This document shows positions 52,556 through 64,000 of a stretch of 64,000 nucleotides of DNA, piece after piece. The DNA is from Paecilomyces variotii (taxonomy: Eukaryota). The notes under the pieces were generated by a model. The model had not been told where the DNA came from and searched no databases. It saw nothing but the letters and a program-made list of their open reading frames with translations. The DNA lies in assembly GCA_004022145.1 (NCBI GenBank), contig RCNU01000002.1, one strand, 5' to 3'. How positions within the stretch are numbered: the first letter of the stretch is position 1; every line of letters starts with the position of its first letter. The position numbers and the translations under genes are program-made.

Positions 52556-53704
52556 CTAGCCAGCATTCGCCCTCAGCACGACTCGTCCTATACTCCTATT
52601 CTCGCCCACCCTGGTCATTGCTGCCCGGCCATCGAACAGGTCAATCACCTTTTCCACGTACCCTCTCAGCTCTTCCTTCTCTACCAGTTCATTGATCCGC
52701 TCCAAGGCCTTACCATCCGGCTCCACGGATAGGGACTTACTCCTGAGTCCACATTTCCCCATCACCTCTTTCATGACGGCCTCCGGAGCTGGGTCAGAGA
52801 AACTCACAACAACGCCTTTTTCTTTAATAACAGCCGCCGGATGCAATTTCTTAAGCGTCTGCCACCCGCCAACGGAATCAAGGACGATATCGACAGGCGC
52901 CCATTTGTGCGATCGAAACGATTCCGCAATATCTGGCTTATCAACAGCAGCATCAGCACCCAGATTAGGCCGCAAGGTCTCCGCATTATGGGGCGAAGCG
53001 CAGGTCGCACAGATCCAGACCCCGTTCGGAAATAGTGATCGCGAACGAAGCAGCTGCAGCGCTTGCATCCCGACAAAATGATCCCACGCTGCCGTCATCA
53101 GGACCCGTAACTGACTACCACTTTGCCCTCGACTCGTCTCCTCTGGATCTAGCCCTCCATGCCGGAACAGAGCCTGCCAGGCCGTAAGTGCTGGCAAGGG
53201 AATCGTCGCGGCCTCCGCCGCGGTGACATTTCTCGGCTTAAACGCAAGCTCATCCTCCGTCGCGAGGACAAAATCCGCCGCGGCGCCATCTCGTTCCGTA
53301 ACGTCCGTAACCACTCCAATGACCTGGTCTCCGATCGTGAATTTCGGCCCGTCCTTCCTCCTGTGATCCTCATTCGGTGTCGTGATGATCGAACCGCAGA
53401 AATCGCGCGCGATAATCATGTCCCGCCTCGTTGCGGCATCGAGCGTGCTTCCCCAGGAGAGTTCATCCGGGGAAAGCGCTGCGGTTTGGACTTTAATCAG
53501 ATATTGTCCCGGTCCGGGCTTCGGCACAGGAAAATCGGTTTTGTAAACCAATTTGTCAGGAGGTGGAGGAGCGGTTTTGTCGTACGTTCCAGAAGGGAGG
53601 TATAGTGCCTGCATGACTTCGGGAATGTAGGTCTCTTCGTCCATGTTTGCGGATTCGGGTTTGGATTCTGGATCCATCTTGCCGTGCGGTGATAGAGTCG
53701 TCAT
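52556..53704 (-). CDS. Medium-chain dehydrogenase/reductase, zinc-independent (quinone/enoyl reductase-like)
   Basis: Intronless, 382 aa. PKPGPGQYLIKV, DFCG, EAATIPLPALTAWQAL, DIVLDSVGG and GRVVL; no evident Zn-ligand Cys cluster. Confidence 0.82.
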   Translation of the reverse strand: MTTLSPHGKMDPESKPESANMDEETYIPEVMQALYLPSGTYDKTAPPPPDKLVYKTDFPVPKPGPGQYLIKVQTAALSPDELSWGSTLDAATRRDMIIARDFCGSIITTPNEDHRRKDGPKFTIGDQVIGVVTDVTERDGAAADFVLATEDELAFKPRNVTAAEAATIPLPALTAWQALFRHGGLDPEETSRGQSGSQLRVLMTAAWDHFVGMQALQLLRSRSLFPNGVWICATCASPHNAETLRPNLGADAAVDKPDIAESFRSHKWAPVDIVLDSVGGWQTLKKLHPAAVIKEKGVVVSFSDPAPEAVMKEVMGKCGLRSKSLSVEPDGKALERINELVEKEELRGYVEKVIDLFDGRAAMTRVGENRSIGRVVLRANAG

Positions 53705-54407
53705 TGTGGACGATCGCTATCTAGGTGATTATTACTTATTGATGTTGATGTTGATTATCAATATCTGCGGGGAGAGGTTCGGGTTTTGAGTGAATGCTGC
53801 TACAATGATACTTTCTTTGTTCATATGTTTCTGATGCACGTTGAAGATAGTTTTGGCTTTGATAGTACAAAAAGGACCTGAAATCAAGCAGGAAAAGAAA
53901 TCTAATATATGAGACAGCCGACTGTTAACAATGATAAACTAGTATATATGAATGGAATATCAAGTACGACCAGCGCAAAAGGGACGGTGATCTAACACGC
54001 CGTGATATCGAAAACTATGTTACGCCCCGGATTTCCTAACGTTGACGTAACCAACTTAGCTGCCGCCAGATTAGATCAGCCTCCGCCACACCAGGGGATC
54101 GATAAACCTGATTGTTAGTCCAGAAAATAGAAAGATTGGCAAAAATAAGTAATAAATGAAGTGTGGGAAAAATAATAGAACATCCGTGTGGTCTATCGTG
54201 ATCGCCTCGTGTGCCGTGAGCCATGGACGTGCTCGAGAAAAAGAACGATTGAAGCTGAATCCAACGCCTGTGATCGTCTGTTACATAAATCGGAACATAG
54301 GTGATAGTGCGAGTTTCATGAATTTCGTCGCAGACATAAAGTTGAGTATCGTCATCTCGTCGAGGTAATCCTGAAATGGCCCTCGTTGTTGTTTCCCTGC
54401 TCTGTAT

Positions 54408-55640
54408 CTATTTCAGCTTCTCGACGAGTCTATGTAGTTCTTCTGGCTTCTCAAAGACTTTCCAGACATGCTGCGGTATGCCCTTGAACGCATTTTGGAA
54501 TCTTTCATCTGTGTTTTTCTTTTCCATGTGGGCAACGTCTGTCACTTTTCTGATGAAGATAGCATGGACCCATCCTGGGTATTTCTTGTAGATTTCCGCA
54601 TAAGCTTCAGGATCACTCTGTGTGGAATCACCGACACACAGGACCTTTCGCCCCGGGAGCCATTGATGGATCTTCTTCATTCGATCTACCTTGTAGGTCT
54701 GTGTGCCCTGCGTGAAGGTCTTCAACAACGCTCCTAGATCCATCCATGAGAAATCACGAAGTATAAGAGTCCCCGGGCTATAGTTGGAACGGAGGAACTG
54801 CCGCAGGAAAGGATACAGATTGTATGGCGAAGCGGACAAGTAGAACCAAGTGGGTACGAGATATTTCTGGACATGCGAATAGAACTGAGGCATTCCGGGG
54901 ATAGGCTTGGGCTCTTCCGCGAACGTCGTCCGTAGGATACCTGTAGGCTCTGGAGTCTGAGTGTACTTGATCGTATCGTCGATATCCGAGATGACAAGCC
55001 AGCCTTCAGGACTCGCAAACCTAGTCTCCATCGAGACCATATCATCCCAGCCCTTAAGGTAGGGCTTCACCACCGTTCCATTCTTGACTGTACGACCGTC
55101 GATAGGTAGAGTCTTGTTGGCGATCCCGTTATCGTTCGTCGGGCCTAGTTGGTGCTGCCGTCTCTGGCCATTGGGAAGAGGTATTTCGAGGGTCAATGAT
55201 CGAGAGGGCGATATTTTGGTCAAAAAGGGCTGCAGTCGCTCTTGAATCCGTCTCCTGACCGTTTCATCCTTGCCCAATTCGCCATCGAGGCCTATTGCGT
55301 CTGCCAGCGACGCAACAAATTCACCAATATCTTCGCGGTCGCCTGCAACGAAAACGCATGCGACTATCTCGGCCTGCCATGTTTGCGTCCCTTTCCTACC
55401 TCTGCGCACGGGCCGATAAGCCGTATTATCTAGCAACCAGACGGTGTTGTCGCGTGGATTAGCCGGTTGCGCCAAAGGGTTCCGCTGCCCCAGCACGGAC
55501 GAGACGAAATCTATAACGCTGGTGCTCCGTCGATACCATCGTAGTGGTAACTTCTTCTCGACACTGGGGAAATCGGCAGATTTCCGTTGTCGACGCTCGT
55601 CAGGCGTTTCTTGTGCCTTTTGCCGGAGCACACTGGTCAT
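54408..55640 (-). CDS. App1-like phosphatidate phosphatase domain protein
   Basis: ISDIDDTIK (DxDxT), YLSASPYNLY and VGDSTQSDPEAY; first ATG at 55640. Confidence 0.85.
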   Translation of the reverse strand: MTSVLRQKAQETPDERRQRKSADFPSVEKKLPLRWYRRSTSVIDFVSSVLGQRNPLAQPANPRDNTVWLLDNTAYRPVRRGRKGTQTWQAEIVACVFVAGDREDIGEFVASLADAIGLDGELGKDETVRRRIQERLQPFLTKISPSRSLTLEIPLPNGQRRQHQLGPTNDNGIANKTLPIDGRTVKNGTVVKPYLKGWDDMVSMETRFASPEGWLVISDIDDTIKYTQTPEPTGILRTTFAEEPKPIPGMPQFYSHVQKYLVPTWFYLSASPYNLYPFLRQFLRSNYSPGTLILRDFSWMDLGALLKTFTQGTQTYKVDRMKKIHQWLPGRKVLCVGDSTQSDPEAYAEIYKKYPGWVHAIFIRKVTDVAHMEKKNTDERFQNAFKGIPQHVWKVFEKPEELHRLVEKLK

Positions 55641-56304
55641 TATTAGACCAGTTGCTATATATAATAATAGGATTTGTTTATGGTATGGTTTAATTAGATG
55701 CCAAGTAATAACCGAACGGGAGTTCGAGCAGCAAACCGTGGGTTCACGCAGTTCGACCACCGGGCGGAGCTAACTTGTCTCTCAGGGGTAAGTAGTTAGA
55801 TAAATTGAGACTGTTGAATGCGGGGCGAACTCAGGAACATGGGCAAAGAGAAAGGCGAGAACGCTCCGCTTTAAAGCCTTTCTTCGAAGCGACCGCCACG
55901 CTCTGAGACGCCGTTTCTTCCGCCATCATTTGCGCGAGTCAGACGCTCGATGATAGCTTTTGGCGGGGATGTTGACTTTGGCTGGAGTGTGATGGCGCCG
56001 CTTGGCCCTGGCTTAGAGGGTTCAGCTCTAAGATAGTGTCCGATAGTGTTCTATCTATGGCACGCAAAGCCGGCCAGCCGATGTCAGCCTTATGTCTCTC
56101 GTGATCTTAAAAAGCCGTCAGTTGGACGTCTCACCGGTTGGTGCACTGCACCATCAGCGTTGAATCTTACACGAATAATAACCTCAGCCAACAAGGCGTG
56201 CTTTGTGTAGTTTCTCCAGACGTTTGAGGCTGAAACGCACGCGAGGGCTGCGAACCCAAGAGAAACTAAAACCTTACGAAGGCTACCGAGCCTCGCACTG
56301 AATA

Positions 56305-56580
56305 ATGGCGATCATGAGCCTCGATAGTGCCGTTGCGCAGAGAACTAGTAAGTTGTCAGCAAACGCCCACGTTCACCGGTGAGATAGAATATTGGGAATA
56401 CGGAATGAATCGCTGACCGCAGATTGGGAAGGTCCTGTGTCGCCGACTGTAAGAACTGCGATATCGTCGCCTCGATCTCCCACGTTCTCTGTATCCAATG
56501 ACGACAGCTGGGACTTCGTGTACGAGTCGACACGGAATGGGCAAGAGAACGTGTCGAAGCAAAGACCAGAGGTATGTTGA
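56305..56580 (+). CDS. Putative small spliced protein (~66-78 aa), unannotated
   Basis: ATG at 56305; a 75-nt intron at 56348-56422 (GTAAGT..GCTGAC..CAG) joins in frame to the 56392-56580 ORF; a possible second donor GTATGT follows at 56572. Confidence 0.45.
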
Positions 56581-57130
56581 TTTCGATAGCTTGATATCGT
56601 CATTTCTCTTTTTCTTTTCCCTCGAGCACGGCACACGTGCCTTGAAGCCATCAAGGGAGAAACTATAGACGCCCTGCATATGCCAAGTACCCGAATTCCC
56701 ATTCCAGCCAGAGACATGTCCACATGGCTTCAAACAAAAAAAGAAAAAGAAAAGAAAAGCTGCCTTTTATCCAGCACCGTCTTTCCTCCCTTGATGATCA
56801 CCATGCCTTCTGTGGCGGCCGTCCGTGGATGGAGGCAGCTTTATAGTACGGGTCTATACTGCACCTGGCACCCCTTGAAGACTGCTCGGATTCTTTCTCT
56901 CAAGAATCACACAATATGAAATTGGGCCCTCGATACCAATGCTAGAGCATGGTGATCCTACAATTCTAACCCTTTGGAATGGGCATCAGGGCAATTGTCC
57001 CATGCCCTGTGAACAACCTGAGAGTCGTTTTTAACAATGGCACCGCTTCTTCGTTCTGGGTTCCTTGCTAGAATCCAATTTTTTTTCAAAATCACTTACA
57101 CATTGGCACTTACATATGTTCACCGCTGTT

Positions 57131-57511
57131 ATGGACCTCTGGACTGACATCTATCATCCGGCGATAAAGATCGCAACGCCTTCTAGGCCCTCTTCAAGAG
57201 CATCAACGATAAAATCCAGTCCGGCTTCCCCAAGCTATACCAGCCCCAATCCTTTTATCTACAGCACCTCCGCACATTCATTGACACATCCATGCTCGAC
57301 ACATCACCTAGCAGCCTGCGCCAGGTGCAATCCAAGCCGCATGTCTCGAACGGAGAGAAGTGTTATGCCGCTTGACGAACACAGACCCTCTTATGACAAG
57401 GTTTGCGACCACGTTTACGATCACATTTACGACAATTCCGGGCACACAGGCCTTACAAAATCCACAAGGGCATCACGTCTGCTCCAGCAGTGGGGCACCT
57501 TTAAGACATGA
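57131..57511 (+). CDS. Hypothetical Ser/Pro-rich protein (126 aa)
   Basis: ATG-initiated ORF MDLWTDIYHP...; no recognisable domain. Confidence 0.35.
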   Translation: MDLWTDIYHPAIKIATPSRPSSRASTIKSSPASPSYTSPNPFIYSTSAHSLTHPCSTHHLAACARCNPSRMSRTERSVMPLDEHRPSYDKVCDHVYDHIYDNSGHTGLTKSTRASRLLQQWGTFKT

Positions 57512-58429
57512 GGCTGGGATAATCCCTCAACCACTACTGAACAACACTTGCCAATGTCTTGTCCTTAAAATAACGAACATGTGTTGGAGGGCAACAACTC
57601 CGCTATCTTTCAAGCATCTAATTATGGACGGACCCATCTCCAGAAAAACTACATCCCAGAGCGAAGACTATATTCTCGCCTCACCGCGGTTCGCCGAAAG
57701 CTACGATGTTCTTACGAGACGACGTCTGGACGGGATCACGATAACCCGACATTCTAGGGAAAGAATCAATGCATTAATGTATATAGCCGCAGATATCCTG
57801 CATCTAATAATTCTAATATGAATATATGAATACAACTCTCTGTATCGCCCTGCAGGCATCAAAGACAGTAGCCTTTTCGATTCGTTACGTTACATTGTAG
57901 ACACTTCTGCGAGAGTACTTCGAAAACCCCGCCTTGCTTTTGGCGGGCGGGGTTTTATTCTCTATCGACCTCCTAGGGAAATAATCTCTGGTTCTATTGA
58001 AGATATTCTGGCTTCCTCAACCACCACTTTGGAAATTAAACCTTTGTTGTCTAGGTATCTACTGCGAACAACTACATGCTGTGAAGCGCGTGGTCACGTG
58101 GATCAACACCAATCTCGTTGACAGCCCCGGCGACGCGTCGTTTCTTCGGCTTCCATACCTAAGTATTGCTAGAGTCGAAGACGGACCTGTGGCCAGCCGA
58201 TATATCTGCGATTTCCCCTTGACTGGAAGAATTTTCAATATCATCGGATCATCCGTAGAATCGATGAAAAGTGTTGCGATTCGTGCGAGCGACCGGGGCG
58301 ATTCAGCCCCCAGATGTCTCTGGTCGATGACAATGACCCTCTCCAATCTGATCGCTTTCTACTTGGACCTGTAAACTCTTCAGGGTCCTAGATACATGCT
58401 CTAAAAGGACGTGCAGGCTTCAGGTCACG

Positions 58430-59655
58430 ATGTCAGGCCGACGACAACGAATCACCGGCCAAACTTATGCAGAGAGGCTGCTGGCGCCGCCGGTCAGTTT
58501 CTCGAACGGACCCTCATGGGTTCATGAGTCTCCTTATATGTACAAGGATTTTGAAGAAAAGACTCCAGTCGGCGTGTCGCGACTGAAGGAACTGGCTATG
58601 AAGCGAGTATTATCTGATCAGCGCAGTCTCACGCCGGAACTGTTTACGAATGTGCCGTGGGATATTGCCCATGAGATGTGGCTATGTTTGGGAAAAAGGT
58701 ATTCGCCCTCTATTATTCGGGATTGGACTTGGTTTTGGCTATTCTTACTCGATAATCCAGCGGAAAGCAGACCATGTATATGTGGAAATTGTTCGCGACG
58801 GCCTATCGGAACGAATTCAGAAATATTTCACAGTATCGATCAATGAAGATAGGCTTTCCTATGATGCCAGTACAAGACTACCTTGGACTGGTGAATGACG
58901 ACGGTCTGAACTGGGGTGTTTCCTTGTTCCTTTCTACGATATATGCTCGTACACCGGACCTCGTGGGAATATCCCGTATCAAGAACCTGGTTGCTCTGGA
59001 TGTATCCACCCCGTTGCATCCTTCGTTCGATACTCTTGAAGAATCACTCACGGCTGTGGCTCTCAATGATAGGATTATCAGAACTTGGTGTGAGCTCGCG
59101 CGGAACTCTTGCGCTTTCAGACACCTGAGAGTTCTCAGACTCACCCACCAAGATGATATATCCGAAACTCTCTTTGAATATCTCGCAGCTCTCCCTTGTT
59201 TGCGGATGCTTATTGTTCGAGACTGCAAAAGCCTTGGAACCGCGTCTTCCAGAGCATTTGCGGGGCGGTATGGTTGGGAAGTCGGATCGAAGCCTCCAGT
59301 CCAACTCAACGATCAGCAAGAAACGGAGGACTCGGACAGCATATACCAATTCTACAAGGAGACATTTGCTCTAACTGACCATGATGCAAATGATGTAGCG
59401 CCTATCTTGGCGGTCGACACGCCCATTCTCGATTTCGAAATCGGGATCAAACGAAAGTTCAATAAAAGCCAGCCTATTGTGTTCCTGAGGAGACAGGTGG
59501 ACGAGCTTCGAACCGCAGAAACTGCCATGAGAAAAAGAAAACTGACCGGTTCAGAAGGCGGGGCTACATGCTACAATGGCACAAAGACGAGGAGGCCGGT
59601 TATGAAGGAGCGAGGCAAGCAGGATATAGCTGGCATGCTCTCGGAATTTCTGTAA
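58430..59655 (+). CDS. Hypothetical protein with LRR-like segment and basic C-terminus
   Basis: Two ORFs joined by a GT..CAG intron (~58698-58760). LxxLxL repeats (FRHLRVLRL, LPCLRMLIVRDC) and RKRK. Confidence 0.7.
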
Positions 59656-60241
59656 GGCATTCTAACAGATCGACGAGACAACCATACGCGCAATTGGCGC
59701 ATGTGCATTTTCATTCTTTTATAAGCATAAATGTCGTACAATCTAACGGCATGATTGATCGTCTATTTTGTTTTCGAGGTATATTGTCGAGTAGATCGAC
59801 TCCTGTGCAGTAAACAAGTTTGGTTCGTTGTTGGTATAGAATGAATGCGTGCATCGGGTACCCAATAGGAGGAAAGTTGACAAACAGTAGAGATTCACAA
59901 TTCTTGCACAGCCTTCTAGTTTTAATCTAATTGTTGCAGATGTACTTTCTATAACCGCCTGGAGGATGTGACTCGGATGTTCCACCGCACGGGACGAGCC
60001 GTCGGGTCGCGTTTGGCGATGGAGAGTTTCCAAAAGTACTTTCTCCCATGATCCATCACCCCGCAAACTGCACTGCCACAAGCAAACCAAACTGTCTCCA
60101 GCGCACGTTCAGACCCTGAAAGACATCAGTAGTATGCTTCTAAGCCTGCAGTAACTCGCCCGTTCACTCTTCTCTATCTCTCTATAACTTGTTTCCTGTC
60201 CTCCGCGCTCAGGAGCGTCGACCCTCCGAGTCCCGCTCGAA

Positions 60242-62110
60242 ATGGCGGACCGGCGACCTGAAGGTGGACGAGAGTCCTCTACCGAACCTGCCATCACGTC
60301 TCCACGATCTAGTATTGATTTTCACCCCGCTGCTGCTGCTCGCAGTCCTCCATTGCGTTCGACTGAACTCAGTATCTCGTCGTCAAACCGCCGCAGTTTC
60401 CACGAAGCGCTGCGGTCGATGCCTCAGTCTCCCCGAGCCCGACGACAACCCTCCCTGACCCAGGCCGCTATTCAGAGTCTTATCGACAATCCTCCAGTTC
60501 CAAATCCCTCAGATCCAGCTTTCGCCGGTCGCGACTGGAGGCAGATCACAATAGGAGAGCTTGTCAAGCCGGATGATCTCAAATACGTGCAGCTTGACAC
60601 GGACATCGAGGAAGCCACCAACGTATGATAACAGCGGCCCGACTTTCGTTTACGACTACGCGCTAATTCTTTTCTACAGCTCCTGATCGACTCTAACGCG
60701 CCAATTCTTCTAATCCGAGAGACCGCTCAAGACAAGTCTGCCGTTAGCACGTTCGATTATACAGACCTCAACACGTATCTGCTACTCGTGGTTGGGTTAG
60801 CGCAACCAGCTCCAGAGGATATCGAATACTTCCAGCAATTAGCGACTAGGGCCAGAGAAGGACAGAAGGTTCCACTGAAAGATGTCAAGGCGATCGGTCG
60901 TAAGGTCCCGCTCGTGACGCTGCCGGCGTCCGCCAGTTTGATGACGACGGTCGAGACATTCGGAGGTGGTGTTCACTGGGTGGTGGTAGTCAAGGACGAC
61001 AGCTCGGAAGTTGTGGGGATATTCAGCCAGTTTCGACTCGTCAAATTTCTCTGGGAAAATGGACGAAGTTTCCCGGTTATCGATGAGTTATACCCGCAGT
61101 ATCTGAAGGACTTGATAGTTGGATCTCAACATGTCATCTCGATCAAGTGGGTCGACTCCTTATCGATGGTGACGCATATGCTAATACCAGTATAGTGGAG
61201 ATAGGCCGCTCTACGAGGCTCTGCGACTGATGGATCAGGAGGGAATCAATTCTCTTGCTGTCGTCGATAGCCATTCTAACGTTGTTGGTAATATCTCGGC
61301 AGCAGATGTCAAGGTAAGATCCGAACCATCACTTTGAAGCCTAGGGCTTGTCTGATAATGGAAATCAGCTCTTGACCAAGTCCACCTCCCTGCCACTGCT
61401 GCATAACTCTTGTATCCACTTCATTTCCGTGATACTGTCGACGCGTGGCCTAAACGAGGGCAAAGACTCCTTTCCGGTCTTTCACGTAAATCCCACGTCG
61501 ACTCTAGCTCATACAGTTGCCAAAATGGTAGCTACTCGGTCCCATCGGTAATACCCTCGCTAGCTCAATAATAATACCTTGTGAATGTCTAACAATTGAT
61601 TGCAACAGTTTGTGGGTGACTGACCCACAGTCTCCGTCATCTTCTGGACCTCCGACACCATCTCATTCCTCCACCCAGATCCCTCTCTATACACAGGGGA
61701 ATCCAGCCCCAGCTCAAACGTCGCTCACCCCTCCTTTACCCTCCCCTGGTTCACCTCCGCCGATTAACACCCAGCCAAGCGCACCGCCAAACTACACTAG
61801 TCCACATCTCCCGACTCCTCCGCAGCCTTACCAGGTGGCATCGACTGTAGGCGGCACAGCTGCAAGCCTGCCACAAGTGATGGCTCCCTCAATCCCGGCA
61901 TCTGCCCTGCCGGGCGCCTGTCTATCGGGCCGCCTGGTGGGAGTTGTCAGCCTTACGGATGTGCTCAATCTGTACGCTCGTGCCAGCGGCTTAAGGCCTG
62001 CAGACCCTGCAGAGACCCGAAACCGCCGGAGGCGCAGCAGTAGTTCTAGCGTTAATGTGCGAAAAAGTGGCGACATTGGTCGAGAACTCTTAGGTCGTGG
62101 TGGACCATGA
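60242..62110 (+). CDS. SDS23: CBS-domain protein Sds23/Sds24
   Basis: Five exons. [65 protein letters not shown] and [11 protein letters not shown]. Confidence 0.9.
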
Positions 62111-64000
62111 ATATCACATGTATGTGACTAAGTGTCTGTGGCTGGCTGGACTCTGGTAAGTCCAAAGTACCAAACACAGCAAATAGAATTCTCAGCAGCT
62201 ATGAGTCAGTCTGGGCATATCATTTTCTATGAGGGCTTGTGTGAGTACTGGACAAGGCAGATCAGCTTCCCCAGTTAGCGTACGCTTAACCTCCACCTGC
62301 TGTCGCTATTGTCACAGCCACACAAGACCCATTGTTCGATTCTTATTCCCTCATTGGCTCTCTTTGCAGACCCGAAGGCTCAGCAGCATCCAGATTTGTT
62401 CAGCAATGGCTGGTTTCTTTATGTCAGTGCACACCTTACTCACGGTCTCGTTAGTAGACAATCAATCAATGGGTCGATATTTAGTCTTGCCACATGTCTG
62501 ACGCCGACCTCTTGTGGCGTCTGCTGTAGTTCCTGGGTTCTGTCTGAGAGCTGTAAAATGGGAGGTAAGAATGGCTTGGTCTAGCCATCTTCTATGTCCA
62601 CGCCATTATGGCTTGAATCTTGTCCGTGCCATTGGGATGGTGAACTACCCTTAATCGAAACTTTCCAAGATGTAGGAAGTTTACTTCTTTCCACGTCGAC
62701 GGCTCTAGGCTTTACCGAGGGTAAGCGACCTCCCCGAAGCTCTCTTATCACTTTTCTGATCACATCCCGAAGGCATATTGTGAGACTGGCTGGGATGGCA
62801 TTTGTTACCGGGCATGACAACAACCCGACGTCGCTTAGACTTATCACAGCCTCTTATCTCCTTATCGATTAGAGAACAAAGTACTCCACTCCAGCTCCTA
62901 TATAGTCCTGGTCGTAGATGGTTAAGCCGGAAGTTGCCGCCTTTCATCGTCTGAAATCGCTTAGCAAGCACAGCAATCGCCGGATTTAGACAATGTTCTT
63001 CAACTAGGCAGACTCCACTTGATTCGCCAAAACCCCTTCCGGAGAATAAATCCCCTTCGTCCGCAGTCGTGGCTTGCAGGTACCATGTACCTTCTAATCG
63101 GGCTTACGTTGCGAGTTGTATAGAATCTGATATATTGCTTACGCCCGTCAGCTTTTGACGACAAGGGTTGGTTGGTTGGTAGCAGAACGATAACTATTTA
63201 CAGTACTTCCCACTCGCTACGCCATCACTTGGGAGAATCAAGAAGACCCCGTGTGACCCGATTAGACTTTCCCAAGAAGCGGGGTTGGAGTTATGCTTTC
63301 AAAAGGAACAAGCCGATCTGCGCAGAACCGTAGGAAATCTACCTGCCTCTCTTTTTCCATGATGGATGTTCTGGTGGTGGCCATCTTTCCTGGTCGCATA
63401 TCTTGGTTTTACATAGCCTCAATCTCAGCTAAGATAATCCTTTAGACGGAGCATGGTGTACGATGAAGAAAAAAACAGTGGAGAATAGAGTAAGCAAGCC
63501 ACGAGTTTTAAAACGAAGCTGATACGGACAACGGACACATGTACGCGCTGGATTAAGTATGCAAGATCTTGAAAATCCGACCTGAAGTCTACAGTAGTTC
63601 TTCCTCCTAAACCTCTCTCCGGAGTCCGATCGAGCAAGGAGCTAAGACATGCTGGTAATTACTTCCGTAAATCGCTCGTGCTTATCCCATACAATATGAA
63701 AAAGAAAAAGTTCATCGATAGACTTCACCATCCGACAAAGTAACCAGACTCCATTTTCCCATCTTACTCCACAAAATTACTTCCGTCACAAGATCAGAAC
63801 TCTAGCAACCCCGCCTGCGGTGACAAAGAAAAAAAGAAAAAGCAAGAGTAAAACCTGCTCGAAAATCCGGGGTTTTCACAGGTAACTTTCCGCCACCTGG
63901 GGAAACGAGCCGTCGAAGGTCGATGGGTCGGGCATTGCTCTGCTGCACCGCAGTATATAACTAAGTAATAACTAATAACTAAGGTACTTCATCGCGCCCG

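Noticed and set aside
62229..63637. Several 60-90 aa ORFs after SDS23
   Set aside because: No domains and no convincing splice structure; likely UTR/promoter of a gene beyond the window.

Overview
Gene-dense, intron-containing DNA from a filamentous ascomycete (inferred Eurotiales, Aspergillus-like; GT..CTRAC..YAG introns, no prokaryotic features). About 25 well-supported protein genes were reconstructed by hand-splicing. In order they are: a DHA1 MFS transporter cut by the left edge, peroxisomal alcohol oxidase, SPF27, neutral ceramidase, a secreted Ser/Thr-rich protein, a Zn2Cys6 TF, an Rrt8/EI24-like membrane protein, a type II HAD, an HNH-like protein, mitochondrial IF2, a Ymc1-like carrier, MRP4, a Gly-zipper protein, a Dnf3-like flippase, a second Zn2Cys6 TF with a DHA1 MFS, RRP14, NDUFS8 and ACP1 head-to-head, VPS74, an MDR oxidoreductase, an App1-like phosphatase, a hypothetical LRR-like protein and SDS23. 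Most of the window is ordinary housekeeping sequence, and I found no multi-gene system I can confidently call new. The best leads are: (i) an unexplained ~140-nt intergenic element closed by a 13-bp terminal stem next to an oligo-T run (candidate ncRNA, 2.15-2.30 kb); (ii) a TF + efflux-pump cassette between AT-rich, TE-scarred flanks, with a RIP-mutated RNase H relic ~150 bp upstream of the TF; (iii) a hidden spliced microprotein gene with an Atg8-interacting-like motif at 56.3 kb; (iv) a RanBP2-type zinc finger inside mitochondrial IF2; (v) two divergent mitochondrial gene pairs sharing CCAATCAG. Family assignments come from motif recognition only; no database search was run.
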